A stretch of DNA of 59,529 bases from an uncultured Gammaproteobacteria bacterium (GTDB lineage: Bacteria; Patescibacteriota; Microgenomatia; Levybacterales; UBA12049), in the NCBI GenBank assembly GCA_964391315.1, contig CAYMJR010000002.1, positions 14,730-74,258 of the forward strand. The letters are read 5' to 3'. The position numbers and the translations under genes were made by a program. Position 1 is the stretch's first letter. Each line of letters begins with the position of its first letter. Under the pieces are notes generated by a model. It worked only from the letters and a program-made list of their open reading frames with translations. It had not been told where the DNA came from and did not search any database. Shown one piece after another: positions 59,116 to 59,529 of the stretch.

Positions 59116-59150
59116 GCAAGTAGCATGAATCAAGTAGTAAGTATAAAGAA
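59116..59150 (+). repeat. Intergenic degenerate 7-bp tandem repeat
   Basis: gcaagta gcatgaa tcaagta gtaagta taaagaa. Confidence 0.55.
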
Positions 59151-59191
59151 GAAAATTTATACATAATACTTTTTTGGAGGGAGGTGAAAAT

Positions 59192-59529
59192 ATGAACAAT
59201 AAACAAATCATTATTACTCTCGTTGTTGCAATTATCGTTGGTGCAGCTGCATTTTTTGGTGGTATGCAATACCAAAAATCTCAAAGAAACGTATTTTTTA
59301 CCACAAATGGTGGAGAAGGGGGACGTTTTGGCGGTGCACGATTTGGTCAAGGTGGACGAGGTGGTTTTACACCGGTCATAGGTCAAATTACCGAATCAGA
59401 TGACAAGACAATGACTGTTAAAATGCAGGATGGAAGCAGTAAAATTGTTGTTCTTTCAGGTACATCGTCAATCAATAAGTCTTCAGCTGGTACAAAATCA
59501 GATCTGAAAGCAGGAGAAACAGTTGCTGT
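59192..59529 (+). CDS. Membrane-anchored Gly-rich protein with DUF5666-like OB domain, 3' partial
   Basis: Absent from the ORF track. GGAGGTGA SD at 59180-59187; MNNKQIIITLVVAIIVGAAAFFGGMQYQK, Gly-rich linker, GQITESDDKTMTVKMQDGSSKIV...DLKAGETV. Confidence 0.8.
   Translation, partial: MNNKQIIITLVVAIIVGAAAFFGGMQYQKSQRNVFFTTNGGEGGRFGGARFGQGGRGGFTPVIGQITESDDKTMTVKMQDGSSKIVVLSGTSSINKSSAGTKSDLKAGETVA

Noticed and set aside
247-59386. Many 60-150 aa ORFs overlapping the long genes, antisense or out of frame
   Set aside because: They are shadows of well-supported CDSs, with no motifs or start signals.
59102-59386. 94 aa minus-strand ORF in the track
   Set aside because: Antisense to the plus-strand gene at 59192, which has an SD and a recognisable domain.
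1-59529. CRISPR arrays, tRNA/rRNA genes, IS elements, prophage or defence genes
   Set aside because: No repeat-spacer arrays, structured RNA genes, transposase, integrase or nuclease motifs seen; intergenic gaps are mostly under 100 bp.

Overview
AT-rich, gene-dense bacterial DNA with no rRNA, tRNA, CRISPR array or transposase seen. A short RecO, an alpha2-type glycine--tRNA ligase, DUF4012, efflux adaptors without TolC and many leaderless genes suggest a Patescibacteria/CPR (Microgenomates-like) genome; this is an inference. About 1-45.8 kb is one very large surface-glycan locus. It holds galE, manC, a priming phosphoglycosyl transferase, a Wzx-like flippase, eight full GT4 genes plus one half GT4, five GT2 enzymes, and nucleotide-sugar modules (aminotransferase, cupin, C-methyltransferase, UXS-like SDR, ColD-like dehydratase, Fcl/ColC-like enzyme). 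It also holds acyl- and methyltransferases, and about six polytopic GT-C-like proteins, one an O-antigen-ligase/TMTC-like fusion. The rest has recO, three orphan ORFs, glyQS, rpiB, a MarR-adaptor-adaptor-MFS efflux operon, a BtuF-like protein, and a two-component system with a MacAB-type ABC module. Leading observations: (i) degenerate 7-bp tandem-repeat DNA modules inside glycosyltransferase loops, one shared in different reading frames; (ii) a GT-C-rich glycosylation apparatus with small paralogous membrane partners; (iii) the ligase/TMTC-like fusion; (iv) a stand-alone GT4 N-terminal half; (v) methyl-branched and 3-deoxy sugar pathways. All functional calls come from motifs read by eye, without database searches.
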